Positions 1 to 10,700 are shown, numbered from the stretch's first letter. The stretch is DNA of 64,000 nt from Bacillota bacterium (GCA_050951805.1 JBMNJT010000002.1:64001-128000); one strand, 5' to 3'. Numbers and translations: made by a program. The notes: generated by a model not told the origin, from the sequence alone.

Positions 1-1188
1 AACCTTCCCGTCCACTATTCGGTAGGCCTCGGCGACGCCGAACATGAACTCTGCCGTGGCGTCGGCCTGGCCGCCCTGACCAAGTTCCTTAAGAAAGAAC
101 CCGTCGTCTATCCCGGCAATCATCTCGTCTAAGTTGTCCTCGCCGGGTAGTATGAAAGTGTTAGTCATTCTGATTATGGGCTCATCGCGATAAGTGAAGG
201 CCCGCGCATTGCCCTTTGGCTCCATTCCGAAGGCTGCTGCTGATTCGCGGGAATGCAGGTAATCTCTGAGGATGCCATGGTCGATGATGACCGTGCGCTT
301 TCCGGCCACACCCTCATCATCCACCAAAACCATTCCGGCGGCGCCGGCTACAGTCCCGTCGTCCACCATGGTCACCAGCTCCGAGGCTACTTCCTTCCCG
401 ATCTTGCCATTGGCAACCGAACCGCTCATCACGAAATCGGCTTCTACGGTGTGGCCTATGGCCTCATGCGATAGGACTCCAACGAGCCCCGGGTCGAGTA
501 TGACTATGTACTGTCCGCCTTTGGCATACTCCGCATCGAGCTTCTTTACGGCCAGGTCCACAGCTTCATCCACAAGTGTGTTGAGGTCGCCCTTGCGCAT
601 CAAATCAGCCCAGGAGCCTGTAACGCCAGCGCTCTTGATCGCCGTTTCAAGCTGGCCATCGCGCCCGGCAGTGGCGAACACATGGAAGCTGGGCTTGTTA
701 TCGAGCACATGGACGGCGGACCCGTCTGAGGTGACTATGTACTTCTCGTCTTCATACTGTGTATACCTTGTAATGCTGCCTACAATGAGAGGAGATCGCT
801 CGCGAAGGCGCTTTTCGGCCTCAAGGAGTGCGCGAATCTTCTCTGCGATGTCGGGCTCCTCGGTTGCATCGTAGTAGACGAGCTTTCCTTGGGCAGGTTC
901 AACAGCAGCCAGTTGAGCTTTGTCTTTCCGGACTGCCGCTCCGGCCCGGGCTGCGGCTTGGGCTTCAGATAGAGCCTTTTTCAGCCCCGACTCGGTCACG
1001 TCGTTAGTGGAGACAAATCCCCATCCTCCGTCCGCTAAAACTCTGATACCTGCCCCCGCCAGGGTCCTATGCTCCACCTTTGTGAGCGCGCCATTTCGGG
1101 CTTCGATGATATCCTGAATGCGCTTGTGATATCTGATTTCTGCGTAGTCGTTGCAGCCTGAGATGACTGACTTTAACAAATCTAGCAT
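1..1188 (-). CDS. tldD: TldD/PmbA family metalloprotease (runs off the window start)
   Basis: Manual translation from ATG at 1188 (RBS GGAGGG): MLDLLKSVISGCNDYAEIRYH...GAGIRVLADGGWGFVSTND; HExxGH motif LSHEAIGHTVEAD; later GNARAFTYRDEPIIRMTNTFI. Absent from the ORF track, presumably because its stop lies outside the window. Confidence 0.9.
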   Translation of the reverse strand, partial: MLDLLKSVISGCNDYAEIRYHKRIQDIIEARNGALTKVEHRTLAGAGIRVLADGGWGFVSTNDVTESGLKKALSEAQAAARAGAAVRKDKAQLAAVEPAQGKLVYYDATEEPDIAEKIRALLEAEKRLRERSPLIVGSITRYTQYEDEKYIVTSDGSAVHVLDNKPSFHVFATAGRDGQLETAIKSAGVTGSWADLMRKGDLNTLVDEAVDLAVKKLDAEYAKGGQYIVILDPGLVGVLSHEAIGHTVEADFVMSGSVANGKIGKEVASELVTMVDDGTVAGAAGMVLVDDEGVAGKRTVIIDHGILRDYLHSRESAAAFGMEPKGNARAFTYRDEPIIRMTNTFILPGEDNLDEMIAGIDDGFFLKELGQGGQADATAEFMFGVAEAYRIVDGKV

Positions 1189-1215
1189 TACATCACCCTC
1201 CTTGAATAAGTACTG

Positions 1216-1263
1216 TCTTCGGTTCGGGGCGCAATAGCTGGGTGAACAGGGTCGAACCGAAGA
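1216..1263. repeat. 11-bp perfect inverted repeat in the tldD leader
   Basis: TCTTCGGTTCG (1216-1226) / CGAACCGAAGA (1253-1263). Confidence 0.6.
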
Positions 1264-1912
1264 TGCTGGGAAGTGCCGAGTGCTTTCAGGGAGCGCGGAT
1301 GCCCGAAAACCATGTCACATCGCCACACCACGACGTTGCCGCAAAATGGTCAGTGCAGGGAGGCGCGTTCACTGGGGAGGCTGCGCCTGCGCCGGTCTAG
1401 CCGGCGATACATCACCTGCCCGGTAAAGAGCGGGAGTTCTGCGGGTTTGACAATGCGTCCTCTAACTCCGTTAAGGTATGTATCATCGTGATTTCCGGTA
1501 ATGTCAGGTTTTCATCTTTCCCTTTCAGCCAGATGCTGTCCGTGCCCGCCCCTATGCAAGGGAGTACATCTATTTTGATATTATCTCCTACATAGACGCG
1601 ATTTCAAATATCAACATTAACTCTTCTCCGACCTCTGTCCTTCGAGTTTTCGGAAAGAAGATTCACTTCATAATAACGTCTGTAGAGTCTCAATTGTTTG
1701 CCGGCTGAGATGGTTTTGACAACATGCTAGAACTGCTTGAGGAAAGCGAGCGCGCGCTCTTGAGCCTTTTTGCCCCCGAGCGGCTTGTAGAAGCATCCTA
1801 CAGCGTCGCGCCTGCCCCTCCTGAGAAGAATCCCTGATGCTCTTCCTGCAATGGCCGGATGTACGGTAAGATGGTGTTGAAAGATGCACTTGGAATGAGG
1901 AGGGGCGGGTGA

Positions 1913-2389
1913 ATGGCTGACAAGGCTGAAGTTTTAAACGATGTACTGGTAAAGCTGTTCAACAAGATATTGTCGATCGAGGAAGAGGCGATAACGAAGG
2001 CAGCCGCTTTAGGGGTTACGATGTCTGAAATCCATGTCATCGAGGCAATAGGTACGGATGAGCCCAAGTCGATGTCGGAAGTCGCCTCAACCTTAGGCGT
2101 AACAATGGGCACGCTAACTGCTTCTGTCAACAGATTGGTTCACAAAGGCCATGTTTCGCGGTTCCGTCCGGAGGAAGATCGGCGCGTTGTTCTTGTGACC
2201 CTCACCGAGGATGGTCGTCTTGCTCATTCAATCCATGAGAGGTTTCATAGGCGGATGATCAATGGGATATTGCAGGATCTTGATGAGGAGAGCCAAGATG
2301 CTATCATAGTGGCTGCTGAGAAGCTATACGAGTTTTTCGAACGGGTGAAGCCTGAAGACTTGCTGCTGGATAACGATTCCCGGCAGTGA
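1913..2389 (+). CDS. MarR family regulator, FabT-like
   Basis: wHTH motifs (MSEVASTLGVTMGTLTASVNRLVHKGHV, EDRRVVLVTLT); sits directly upstream of the fab cluster. Confidence 0.85.
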   Translation: MADKAEVLNDVLVKLFNKILSIEEEAITKAAALGVTMSEIHVIEAIGTDEPKSMSEVASTLGVTMGTLTASVNRLVHKGHVSRFRPEEDRRVVLVTLTEDGRLAHSIHERFHRRMINGILQDLDEESQDAIIVAAEKLYEFFERVKPEDLLLDNDSRQ

Positions 2390-2434
2390 CCCCAATGTTC
2401 TGTCCCCAAGACATTTTGCCCCCATCAATTGCAC

Positions 2435-2477
2435 TTGACAACGTCTTGCTTTGGCCTTAAACTTTGAATAACAAACA
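2435..2477 (+). promoter_or_regulatory. sigma-A promoter of the fab operon overlapped by a FabT-like operator
   Basis: TTGACA(2435)-17 bp-TAAACT(2458); ACTTTGAataACAAACA at 2461-2477 resembles the ACTTTGA-N3-TCAAAGT FabT palindrome. Confidence 0.65.
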
Positions 2478-2569
2478 ATTTGAAGCACAAAGTAAAGAAC
2501 GCGGCATGCTGCTTTCTGGTCTTGGGCGAACCTCCAAGGCAGGAGCGGCAGGCCTCGGGGGCATGCAAG

Positions 2570-3559
2570 ATGTACACAAAGATCCTGGGAACCGGAAGCG
2601 CACTTCCGAAACAACGCGTAACCAATGAGGATCTGGCTATGCTCGTCGATACGTCGAACGAGTGGATAACGTCACGCACCGGCATATCGGAGCGACGGAT
2701 ATCCACTGGAGAGAGCGCGTCATACCTGGCTGCAGAAGCGGCAGCCAAGGCTCTTGCAGACGCTGATGTGGAGCCTTCTCAAATAGACCTGGTGATGTCG
2801 GCCACAGTATCACCTGACAACTTCACTCCGACTGTGTCGTGCGAGGCGCAGAAGGCCTTGGGCCTTTCGCGGGCGACATGCTTTGACTTGTGGGCGGGAT
2901 GCACCGGGTTTATCTTTTCTCTAATGACAGCCGATGCGCTGGTGAAATCGGGCCTCTTCTCGCATGCGCTCGTGATCGGCGTTGAAGTTCTTTCAAAACT
3001 GGTCGACTGGCAAGATCGTAGCACATGCGTCCTCTTCGGAGACGGGGCGGGAGCAGTGGTGTTAAGCTCTTCCAGCCAGCCAGGCCTTGTGACTCATGTA
3101 TCCGGCTCTGATGGAACCCGAGGCGACGTCCTCACGATAGCCGGTATCCCACTGGCTAATCCGTGGATGGCTCAACATGTTGGGGAGTTGGAGACAGGCT
3201 CCCAGAGCGTGATCTGCATGAATGGCCAGGAAGTCTTCAAGTTTGCAGTCAAAACCATGGAATCGTCTATACGCCGCGTAGTGGAGCTGTCAGGCTCTAG
3301 CCTTCACGACATTTCCTACATCATTCCCCACCAGGCCAACAACAGAATCATAGAATCGGTTGCGGGCAGGATGAAAATCCCCCGCGAAAAATTCTTCACA
3401 AACCTCGATCACAGAGGGAATACGTCCTCCGCCAGCATTCCGATGGCCCTGGATGAGATGAATCGAGCGGGCCTGCTCTTGCCCGGAATGCATCTGGTGC
3501 TTGTGGGGTTTGGCGGAGGTCTGACGTGGGGCGCAAGTATGGTTCGATGGACGCGGTAA
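2570..3559 (+). CDS. fabH: 3-oxoacyl-ACP synthase III
   Basis: TKILGTGSALP, DTSNEWITSRTGI, catalytic Cys (AGCTGF), His (PHQAN), Asn (GNTSSAS). Confidence 0.95.
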   Translation: MYTKILGTGSALPKQRVTNEDLAMLVDTSNEWITSRTGISERRISTGESASYLAAEAAAKALADADVEPSQIDLVMSATVSPDNFTPTVSCEAQKALGLSRATCFDLWAGCTGFIFSLMTADALVKSGLFSHALVIGVEVLSKLVDWQDRSTCVLFGDGAGAVVLSSSSQPGLVTHVSGSDGTRGDVLTIAGIPLANPWMAQHVGELETGSQSVICMNGQEVFKFAVKTMESSIRRVVELSGSSLHDISYIIPHQANNRIIESVAGRMKIPREKFFTNLDHRGNTSSASIPMALDEMNRAGLLLPGMHLVLVGFGGGLTWGASMVRWTR

Positions 3560-3642
3560 TGATAAGGCTCCGTTGAAGGGGCGACAGTACCTTGACCTAA
3601 CGAGAAAGAAGAGAGAGCCGCAAGGCTGAGGAGGGTTATTAT

Positions 3643-3882
3643 ATGACATTGGATGAATTGAAGGCGATCATCTCCGATCAGCTGGAGGTATCCCCGGAAG
3701 AAATATCGACTGGAACCAGATTCGTTCAGGATCTAGGAGCCGACTCCCTCGACATGGTGGAACTGATCATGTCGATCGAGGAGAAGCTTGGGGTCCGCAT
3801 AGAGCAGCAGGAAGTGAAGGACATGGTTACCGTGGGAGATGTGGTGTCGTACATCGAGGCGCACAAGCAGGCTGTGAAGTAG
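3643..3882 (+). CDS. acpP: acyl carrier protein
   Basis: DLGADSLDMVEL phosphopantetheine motif; 79 aa, acidic. Confidence 0.95.
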   Translation: MTLDELKAIISDQLEVSPEEISTGTRFVQDLGADSLDMVELIMSIEEKLGVRIEQQEVKDMVTVGDVVSYIEAHKQAVK

Positions 3883-3903
3883 GCGGGCCGGATATGGTAT
3901 GAG

Positions 3904-4893
3904 GTGGGTGATGTAAGGATGCCTGTGAGGCGCCTGGGAGAGAAGCTGACGCATCTTTTTGGCATAGAGTATCCGGTGCTGCAGGGCGGAATGGCTTGGG
4001 TGGCCGATGCGCGGCTGGCGGCTTCGGTGTCGAACGCCGGAGGACTTGGGATTATTGCATCGGCTCACTTGTCCCCCGATGAGCTTCGGGAAGAGATCGA
4101 ATTGGCTAGAAGCTTCGCCGGCAGTCATCCTCTGGGAGTCAACATAATGCTGGCAAGCCCGAATGCTATGAATGTCGCGAGGGTGTGCCGTGAGAAGAAA
4201 GTCGAGGTCGTGACGACCGGTGCTGGCCATCCAGGCGAGTTGATAGGGGAAATGAAGGATGCGGGCATCTTGGTCATCCCGTTGGTGGCTTCAACGGCTC
4301 AGGCTAAAAGAGCAGTGGCTGCGGGCGCTGATGCCGTGATAGCAGAGGGTTACGAGGCCGGAGGGCATATAGGCGAGTTGACCACTATGGCTTTGACGCC
4401 TCAGGTAGTCGACTCGGTCGATGTGCCGGTGGTGGCTGCAGGGGGTATCGCCGATGGCCGTGGCATGGCTGCCGCCTTTTGCCTGGGCGCTTCAGGGGTC
4501 CAGGTAGGCACCGCATTCCTTGCGGCTCGCGAATGCACTGTCCATAGCAACTACAAGCGCAAGGTGCTGCAGGCCAAGGACTCAGACACTCAGGTTACAG
4601 GGCGCAGCCTGGGGCATCCTGTGCGCGTGCTGAAGAATCGATTCTCGCGCGAATTTGCCCGCATGGAGCGCGAAGGCGCAGATCCCGACGGAATAACGGC
4701 TTATGGCATGGGCAGACTTGCTGCCGCTGTCCGTGATGGAGATGTGGAATGGGGCTCGGTTATGGCCGGCCAGATCGCGGGGCTTGTAACTGCGGAACGG
4801 ACGGCTGAGGAGATCGTGCGCGGTCTCGTGGAAGATGCCGCGCGTGTCCTGGAATCGTTGCGAGTATGCCAAAAAGGGGAGTGTTGCCCTTGA
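3904..4893 (+). CDS. fabK: enoyl-ACP reductase II (alternative start 3919)
   Basis: IEYPVLQGGMAWV, EGYEAGGHIGELTT, AAGGIADGRG, GSVMAGQIAGL; fab context. Confidence 0.92.
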   Translation: MGDVRMPVRRLGEKLTHLFGIEYPVLQGGMAWVADARLAASVSNAGGLGIIASAHLSPDELREEIELARSFAGSHPLGVNIMLASPNAMNVARVCREKKVEVVTTGAGHPGELIGEMKDAGILVIPLVASTAQAKRAVAAGADAVIAEGYEAGGHIGELTTMALTPQVVDSVDVPVVAAGGIADGRGMAAAFCLGASGVQVGTAFLAARECTVHSNYKRKVLQAKDSDTQVTGRSLGHPVRVLKNRFSREFARMEREGADPDGITAYGMGRLAAAVRDGDVEWGSVMAGQIAGLVTAERTAEEIVRGLVEDAARVLESLRVCQKGECCP

Positions 4894-5963
4894 AGATAGC
4901 TTACGTCTTTCCCGGACAGGGAGCACAGTATCCGGGGATGGCCAAAGAAATCTACGATCAGTTCGCGTCGGCCCGTCAAGTCTTCAAGACTGCCAGCAGA
5001 ACTCTGGGCTACAGCATGGAGCGCCTGTGCTTTGAGGAAGGCGACAGACTGAACCTGACTGAGTATACTCAGCCTGCACTGGTCACTGCGAGCTGTGCGG
5101 TTCTGGCGGCTATGCACGAGTCCTTGAATCTTTCGGCGGATACTGCAGCAGGGCTAAGCCTGGGTGAGTATTCTGCGCTCGTTTGTGCAGGGGCAGTTGA
5201 TTTTGCCGACGCCGTGATGCTTGTCAGCAAGCGCGGACGGTTCATGCAGGAAGCCTGTCCGGCCGGCGCCGGTACAATGGCCACAGTTCTCGGACTCGAC
5301 CGCGACTGTGTGATAGACATATGCCTTGACGTACAGAAGGCAGGCGCAGGCATCGTTGAACCTGCCAATTTCAATTGCCCTGGGCAGATCGTCATCTCCG
5401 GCGAGACGGCAGCGGTGGAACGCGCGGCTGAGCTTGCTCAGTCGAGAGGCGCTCGCCGGGTGATAAGACTGAATGTATCAGGGCCTTTCCATTCGAGCCT
5501 GCTTTCTGCGGCGGGAACGCGCCTCCGCAGCGAACTTGCGCAGGTGGATATCACAAGCCCTACAATCCCAGTGTATTCCAATGTGGCCGCGAGACCTTCA
5601 ATGGACCCGGATGAAATCCGGGAGTTGCTTGTGAGGCAGGTGGCCAGTCCCGTACTGTGGGAGCAGACTGTTGCCAACATGGCTGAAGCTGGAATAGACG
5701 TTTTCATCGAGGTTGGCCCGGGCAGAACGCTTACAGGCCTTGTGAAGAAGACTGTGCCCCATGCGGTGGCGATGAACGTGGGAGACTTGTCTTCCCTTGA
5801 GGCGCTCAGAGAGTTTTTGGCCGAGCATGCATCCGGGCATCTTCCCTCTCAGGTAGCGCAGGTTGCGGCTGCAGCACCTAAAACGGAGCCCGCGTCCTTG
5901 CGAAAGGTTTCGTACGCAACCCAACCCGAGCTCGTGTCTTCTTCGAAGAGGGCATATCGATGA
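4890..5963 (+). CDS. fabD: malonyl-CoA:ACP transacylase with C-terminal extension
   Basis: FPGQGAQ, GLSLGEYSA, VSGPFHS; TTG start overlapping the fabK stop. Confidence 0.95.
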   Translation: MKIAYVFPGQGAQYPGMAKEIYDQFASARQVFKTASRTLGYSMERLCFEEGDRLNLTEYTQPALVTASCAVLAAMHESLNLSADTAAGLSLGEYSALVCAGAVDFADAVMLVSKRGRFMQEACPAGAGTMATVLGLDRDCVIDICLDVQKAGAGIVEPANFNCPGQIVISGETAAVERAAELAQSRGARRVIRLNVSGPFHSSLLSAAGTRLRSELAQVDITSPTIPVYSNVAARPSMDPDEIRELLVRQVASPVLWEQTVANMAEAGIDVFIEVGPGRTLTGLVKKTVPHAVAMNVGDLSSLEALREFLAEHASGHLPSQVAQVAAAAPKTEPASLRKVSYATQPELVSSSKRAYR

Positions 5964-6727
5964 CTGCGCCGAGACTGGACAACAGAGTAGCCCTTGTAAC
6001 AGGAGGGGCCCGGGGGATAGGCCTTGCCATTGCCCAACGGCTTGCCGCTGACGGCGCTCGCGTTGCCATCAATTATTGTTCCTCAGACCCTCAAGTGGTT
6101 GAAAAGGCCGTCATGTCTATTGAAAGCGCAGTGGCCGGGGCTGGGCAGAAAGTGCGGGCCTATAGGGCAGATGTGTCCAAACATGAAGAGGTTGGGCACA
6201 TGTTTGAGCAAGCAATGTCCGAGTTGGGCCGTCTCGATATCGTGGTAGCCAATTCGGGGATAACCCGCGACGACTTGGCTGTGCGGATGGAATCTCAGGC
6301 CTTCATGGACGTGATCGAGACGAATCTTCTCGGCGCTTTTCTCTGTGCCAAAGAGGCGGCCCGGGCCATGTTGCGGCAGCGATCAGGCAGGATCGTGCTG
6401 GTCTCGTCAATTGTCGGACTGGATGGAAATGCGGGACAGGCAAACTATGCTGCGAGTAAGGCCGGGCTTGTGGGGCTGGCAAAGTCGCTCGCTCGCGAAC
6501 TCGGGTCCCGCGGGATCACCGTGAACGTAGTCGCCCCTGGGTTCATCGACACCGACATGACGAGGGCCCTTCCAGAGAAGATGCGCGATTCGTGCATCGC
6601 CCGGGCTGCGCTCCGCAGGATCGGGTCGCCTCAGGAAGTGGCCGATGCCGTAGCGTTCCTCGCCTCTGAAGAGGCCAGCTACATCACGGGCCAGGTTCTT
6701 CGAGTAGACGGAGGGCTCGTTTTGTAA
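5960..6727 (+). CDS. fabG: 3-oxoacyl-ACP reductase
   Basis: TGGARGIG, GNAGQANYAASK, VAPGFIDTDMT. Confidence 0.95.
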   Translation: MTAPRLDNRVALVTGGARGIGLAIAQRLAADGARVAINYCSSDPQVVEKAVMSIESAVAGAGQKVRAYRADVSKHEEVGHMFEQAMSELGRLDIVVANSGITRDDLAVRMESQAFMDVIETNLLGAFLCAKEAARAMLRQRSGRIVLVSSIVGLDGNAGQANYAASKAGLVGLAKSLARELGSRGITVNVVAPGFIDTDMTRALPEKMRDSCIARAALRRIGSPQEVADAVAFLASEEASYITGQVLRVDGGLVL

Positions 6728-6777
6728 CTTGATATTTCTCGGGTGCCCAGTATGCGGGCGTAATTGAGGTGTTTGTT

Positions 6778-8016
6778 ATGAGAAGACGAGTTGTGGTTAC
6801 CGGAATGGGGGCAGTGACGCCCGTGGGATGCGGATGGCGTCCTTTCTGGGAGGCCATCAGTTCCGGACAATCAGGCATTCGTCGGATTGAGCGGTTCGAT
6901 CCGAGCACGTGCCCTGCTAAGATTGCAGGGGAGGTGCGCGAGTTTGATCCAGACCGGTATCTTGACCGCAAGGATAGAAAGCGAATGGACAAGTTTGCGC
7001 AATATGCTGCAGTTGCTGCCAGTCAGGCCATGGAGGATGCGGGTTTTGCGGCAGGGGGAGCGCCGGCCCCTGAGCGGCTGGGTGTGGCCTTCAGTTCGGG
7101 CGTGGGAGGTATGGAGACATTCGAAGAGCAGCATAAAAGGCTCATCGAACGTGGACCAGAGTGGGTTAGCCCATTCTTCGTGCCTATGATGATCGCCAAC
7201 ATGGCGGCCGGCAATATTGCCATCATGTTTAACGCAAAAGGTCCAAGCGAATGTCAGACAACTGCCTGCGCGGCGTCGTCGCACAGCATTGCCGACGCCT
7301 ACAGGCTCATAGCAGAGGGACGGGCTGATGCCATGATAGCAGGGGGCGCCGAAGCTGCGATCACTCCGCTTGCCATGGCTGGATTTGCCAACATGCAGGC
7401 CCTATCCCGAAGTGAGGATCCTCAAGCTGCGCCATGTCCTTTCGATCGGCGGCGCGACGGATTCGTGATGGGCGAAGGATCTGGCGCATTAATACTGGAG
7501 GAGCTTGACTCTGCATTGGCCCGAGGGGCTAGGATATATGCTGAGATCATAGGTTGCGGGTTTTCCACAGATGCGCACCATATTACCAGTCCTCCTCCTG
7601 GAGGGGAGGGAGCGGCTCGCGCCATGCAAGAGGCGCTTCATGACGCGTCATTGGCGCCCGGCGATATCGACTACATCAACGCCCACGGCACAGGGACGCC
7701 GTACAATGATCTTTATGAAACCCAAGCTATCAAGGCAGTCTTCGGAGACGATGCCTATCGGCTCGCGGTGAGCTCGACGAAGTCCATGACCGGGCACCTG
7801 TTGGGCGCGGCAGGCGCAGTGGAGGCTATTGCCTGTGTAGGCGCGATCACAGAAGGCTTTGTGCCGCCGACGATCAACTACCTGGAGCCCGACCCCGAAT
7901 GCGACCTCGATTACGTGGCAAACGAAGGACGAAAGATGGAGGTTCGCAGAGCCATGAGCAATTCCTTTGGCTTCGGCGGGCACAACTGCTGCATAGTTTT
8001 TACCCGATGGGAATAG
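6778..8016 (+). CDS. fabF: 3-oxoacyl-ACP synthase II
   Basis: RRVVVTGMG, TACAAS, NAHGTGT, KSMTGHLLGAAG, SNSFGFGGHN. Confidence 0.96.
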   Translation: MRRRVVVTGMGAVTPVGCGWRPFWEAISSGQSGIRRIERFDPSTCPAKIAGEVREFDPDRYLDRKDRKRMDKFAQYAAVAASQAMEDAGFAAGGAPAPERLGVAFSSGVGGMETFEEQHKRLIERGPEWVSPFFVPMMIANMAAGNIAIMFNAKGPSECQTTACAASSHSIADAYRLIAEGRADAMIAGGAEAAITPLAMAGFANMQALSRSEDPQAAPCPFDRRRDGFVMGEGSGALILEELDSALARGARIYAEIIGCGFSTDAHHITSPPPGGEGAARAMQEALHDASLAPGDIDYINAHGTGTPYNDLYETQAIKAVFGDDAYRLAVSSTKSMTGHLLGAAGAVEAIACVGAITEGFVPPTINYLEPDPECDLDYVANEGRKMEVRRAMSNSFGFGGHNCCIVFTRWE

Positions 8017-8026
8017 GCAGAATCGG

Positions 8027-8551
8027 ATGAATCGGACGGAGGCGAAGGAAATGGGTGAGACGGGCCAGTTGCGTTCGCTAGATGATGCGCTTGCATTACT
8101 CCCCCATAAAGACCCATTTGTATTTGTTGACGAGATCGTCTATTTGGAGCCCGGAGTCAAGGCTGTAGGGATCAAAAGGGTCAGGCCGGACGAATTTTGG
8201 GTGCCTGGGCATTTTCCAGATCGGCCGACCATGCCAGGGGTGTTGATAATAGAGGCCATGGCGCAGGTGGGTGCAGTGGCGCTGTTGGCTAAAGACGTAG
8301 ACGGTGTTAGGAAGAACCCCAAAGAGAGCGCGAAGGGGCGGCGCCTGTTGCCCTTGTTTGCGGGAGTGGACAAAGCCAGGTTCCGCCGACCGGTCCGTCC
8401 GGGAGATTCACTCGCTCTGGAAACGGAATTGCTGGGCACATGGGGCAATTTCGGCCGTGCGCGTTCCATCGCACAGCTGACAGACGGCAGCCCTGTTGCA
8501 GAGGCAGAACTCATGTTTGCACTGGGAGATTTGGATGGAGGAGATCTATGA
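8027..8551 (+). CDS. fabZ: 3-hydroxyacyl-ACP dehydratase (alternative start 8051)
   Basis: LPHKDPFVFVD, GHFPDRPTMPGVLIIEAMAQ, RFRRPVRPGD. Confidence 0.93.
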   Translation: MNRTEAKEMGETGQLRSLDDALALLPHKDPFVFVDEIVYLEPGVKAVGIKRVRPDEFWVPGHFPDRPTMPGVLIIEAMAQVGAVALLAKDVDGVRKNPKESAKGRRLLPLFAGVDKARFRRPVRPGDSLALETELLGTWGNFGRARSIAQLTDGSPVAEAELMFALGDLDGGDL

Positions 8552-8922
8552 GGGTCCCGTGCTATTCTGCGTTCTGATGGATGTGCCATGTGGATTTTCG
8601 CTTGCAAGATTGATGGAGAGGGCATTGCGTAGCATTTGCTGAGAGCCACCGCCGGTTGGGCGAGAAGAGTAGAGACCAGATTGGGCTCGACGCCTGTTTG
8701 GAGTGTGAATTCAGATTCCCGTGACTCGTCGACAGAGAAGATAAGGCAGTTTCCTATTGCGTTGGCCTGTTGTACTTTTCGGACAGGCTCTGGCCGCGCA
8801 AAGATCCGCATATTCGAAGAGAGAGTGTATAGTCTGTCCCCTCGAAGAGGCACCCCTTTCCCGCAAAGTCTGTGCTATACTAAAGGCTGTGCTACAGAAA
8901 GAGAGGTGCCCTATTAGAAGAA

Positions 8923-9702
8923 TTGATCGATTGTCATATGCACTCTGTACATTCACCCGATTCTGACGCCACGATGGACGAAATGTGTGAGGCTGCGATC
9001 GACGCAGGACTACGCGGAATATGTTTCACAGAACATGTCGATTTGGACCCGCACTATTACTCCTATGGCAGTTATGACTACGCTGAAACTATGAAAGATA
9101 CCGCGAGATGCAGAAAAAAATACGGTGACCGCCTGATAATCAAGTCGGGAGTGGAGATCACCTATCTGACTGAGTACGCCGATGATGTCCGACAGTTCCT
9201 TACGGAGCACCAGTTCGATTATGTCCTCGGTTCGATACACATAATCGACCACGTCTTCGTAGGAAGCGAAGAACATTTTATCGGCAAGACTGAGCAGGAA
9301 GCCTATGAGCCTTATTGGCGAGAGATGATTGCCATGATGGAAAGCGGCCTCATCAAGAGAGTAGGCCACATGGATTATATAAAGAATCACAGGCCTAAAG
9401 AGTATGGTCCTTTCGATTTGAAAAAATGGGAGGATTACATCAGGCATATACTCCATTTGGTCGTGGAAAACGGAGCTACTCTCGAGGTCAATACGTCAGC
9501 CATAAGAAGAGGCTTTCCGGAACCCTATCCCAGCTGGGACATACTCGAGCTCTACCGGGAGGTCGGGGGAACGCAGGTGACGATAGGATCGGATGCACAC
9601 AAACCTGACGACATTGGACAGTATTTCGCCGATGTTGCCAAACGCCTAGATGAAATGGGTTTTGTCGTTTGTGGAGAAGAGATCTTCTCCTGTAGGGTCT
9701 GA
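8923..9702 (+). CDS. histidinol-phosphatase, PHP (HisJ/HisK) family
   Basis: DCHMHS, FTEHVD, GSIH, GHMD, EVNTS, GSDAH; supplies the phosphatase step missing from the his operon at 36-43 kb. Confidence 0.8.
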   Translation: MIDCHMHSVHSPDSDATMDEMCEAAIDAGLRGICFTEHVDLDPHYYSYGSYDYAETMKDTARCRKKYGDRLIIKSGVEITYLTEYADDVRQFLTEHQFDYVLGSIHIIDHVFVGSEEHFIGKTEQEAYEPYWREMIAMMESGLIKRVGHMDYIKNHRPKEYGPFDLKKWEDYIRHILHLVVENGATLEVNTSAIRRGFPEPYPSWDILELYREVGGTQVTIGSDAHKPDDIGQYFADVAKRLDEMGFVVCGEEIFSCRV

Positions 9703-9788
9703 CAACAGCATATGTACCCATAGCGCCGGCGCAGACTGTGGGCGGCACGCATATGGTGCAGTGGACTCTATCCAGGGGAGTGATCTCA

Positions 9789-10700
9789 ATGCCAGATGAT
9801 AGGGAAGAGTCAGGAATGCGCCAGGCGCCGCAGTGCCCTGGCGGGTTCCTATACCAGATCAGATCTGGTGATACCCTCTACGCGCTTGCGGGCCGTTACG
9901 GGACAACAGTAGAAGCTATAACAAGGGCCAACCCAGGTATAGACCCTAACAGCCTCCGCGTTGGGCAGCTTATCTGCATCCCGGTTGCCGCGGCTCCGCC
10001 CGGACCGCCTGCAGGGGCTTGTCCAGCTGGATCCACGCCTTATGTAATCCGCTCGGGAGACACTTTCTACAGTATTGCTCGGCGCTTTAACACCACCGTT
10101 GCTGCTCTTACTGCAGCCAACCCGCGCGTAAACCCGAACAACCTCCGTGTCGGCCAGTTGGTATGCATCCCAACTGCTCCGCCGCCAACTGCGGCTTGTC
10201 CGCCGGGTTCTACGCCCTACGCAATTCGCTCGGGCGATACGTTTTACAGGATTGCCCAAAGGGCGGGAATTAGTGTAAGCGCTCTAGTTGCGGCCAACCC
10301 GGGCGTCGATCCCAATAGACTCCGCGTGGGCCAGGTCATATGCATTCCAGGCGCACCGCCTCCTAGACGTGTTTCGTGCACGATGAATCTTCTGGCGCCA
10401 GCCGGGAGTCCTGCGCCCGGTGCCACGGGTAGATTGTGGATAGACACGAACGCTGCAGGCAACTTGCAGATAACAGTGGCAGGCGTGGATCTCCCTGCTC
10501 CTGCCACCTTAGGAGCCAACATCTACACTGCAGTATTTTCCGCGGACGGGGTGCGGTTTTCCGTTCCTATGGTCGCTACGGTCGAGGGTCGGTGGACCGG
10601 GACTATGGTTCAGCCGCCTTCAACTGCATTGCTGACGCGCGGGCGCGTGGACATATATCCAGGCCCTGTTTTAAGTGGCCTATTGGCAAATTGCAGGTAG
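9789..10700 (+). CDS. triple-LysM protein, SafA/ExsA-like spore-associated type
   Basis: Three repeats of CPxG..YxIRSGDT...ANPxxxPNxLRVGQxICIP with Pro-rich linkers; RBS GGGGAG before ATG 9789. Confidence 0.85.
   Translation: MPDDREESGMRQAPQCPGGFLYQIRSGDTLYALAGRYGTTVEAITRANPGIDPNSLRVGQLICIPVAAAPPGPPAGACPAGSTPYVIRSGDTFYSIARRFNTTVAALTAANPRVNPNNLRVGQLVCIPTAPPPTAACPPGSTPYAIRSGDTFYRIAQRAGISVSALVAANPGVDPNRLRVGQVICIPGAPPPRRVSCTMNLLAPAGSPAPGATGRLWIDTNAAGNLQITVAGVDLPAPATLGANIYTAVFSADGVRFSVPMVATVEGRWTGTMVQPPSTALLTRGRVDIYPGPVLSGLLANCR

Noticed and set aside
8140-8853. 237-aa minus-strand ORF and similar long antisense ORFs (272-874, 49293-49937, 52881-53675)
   Set aside because: Shadow frames of well-supported genes, with no motifs.
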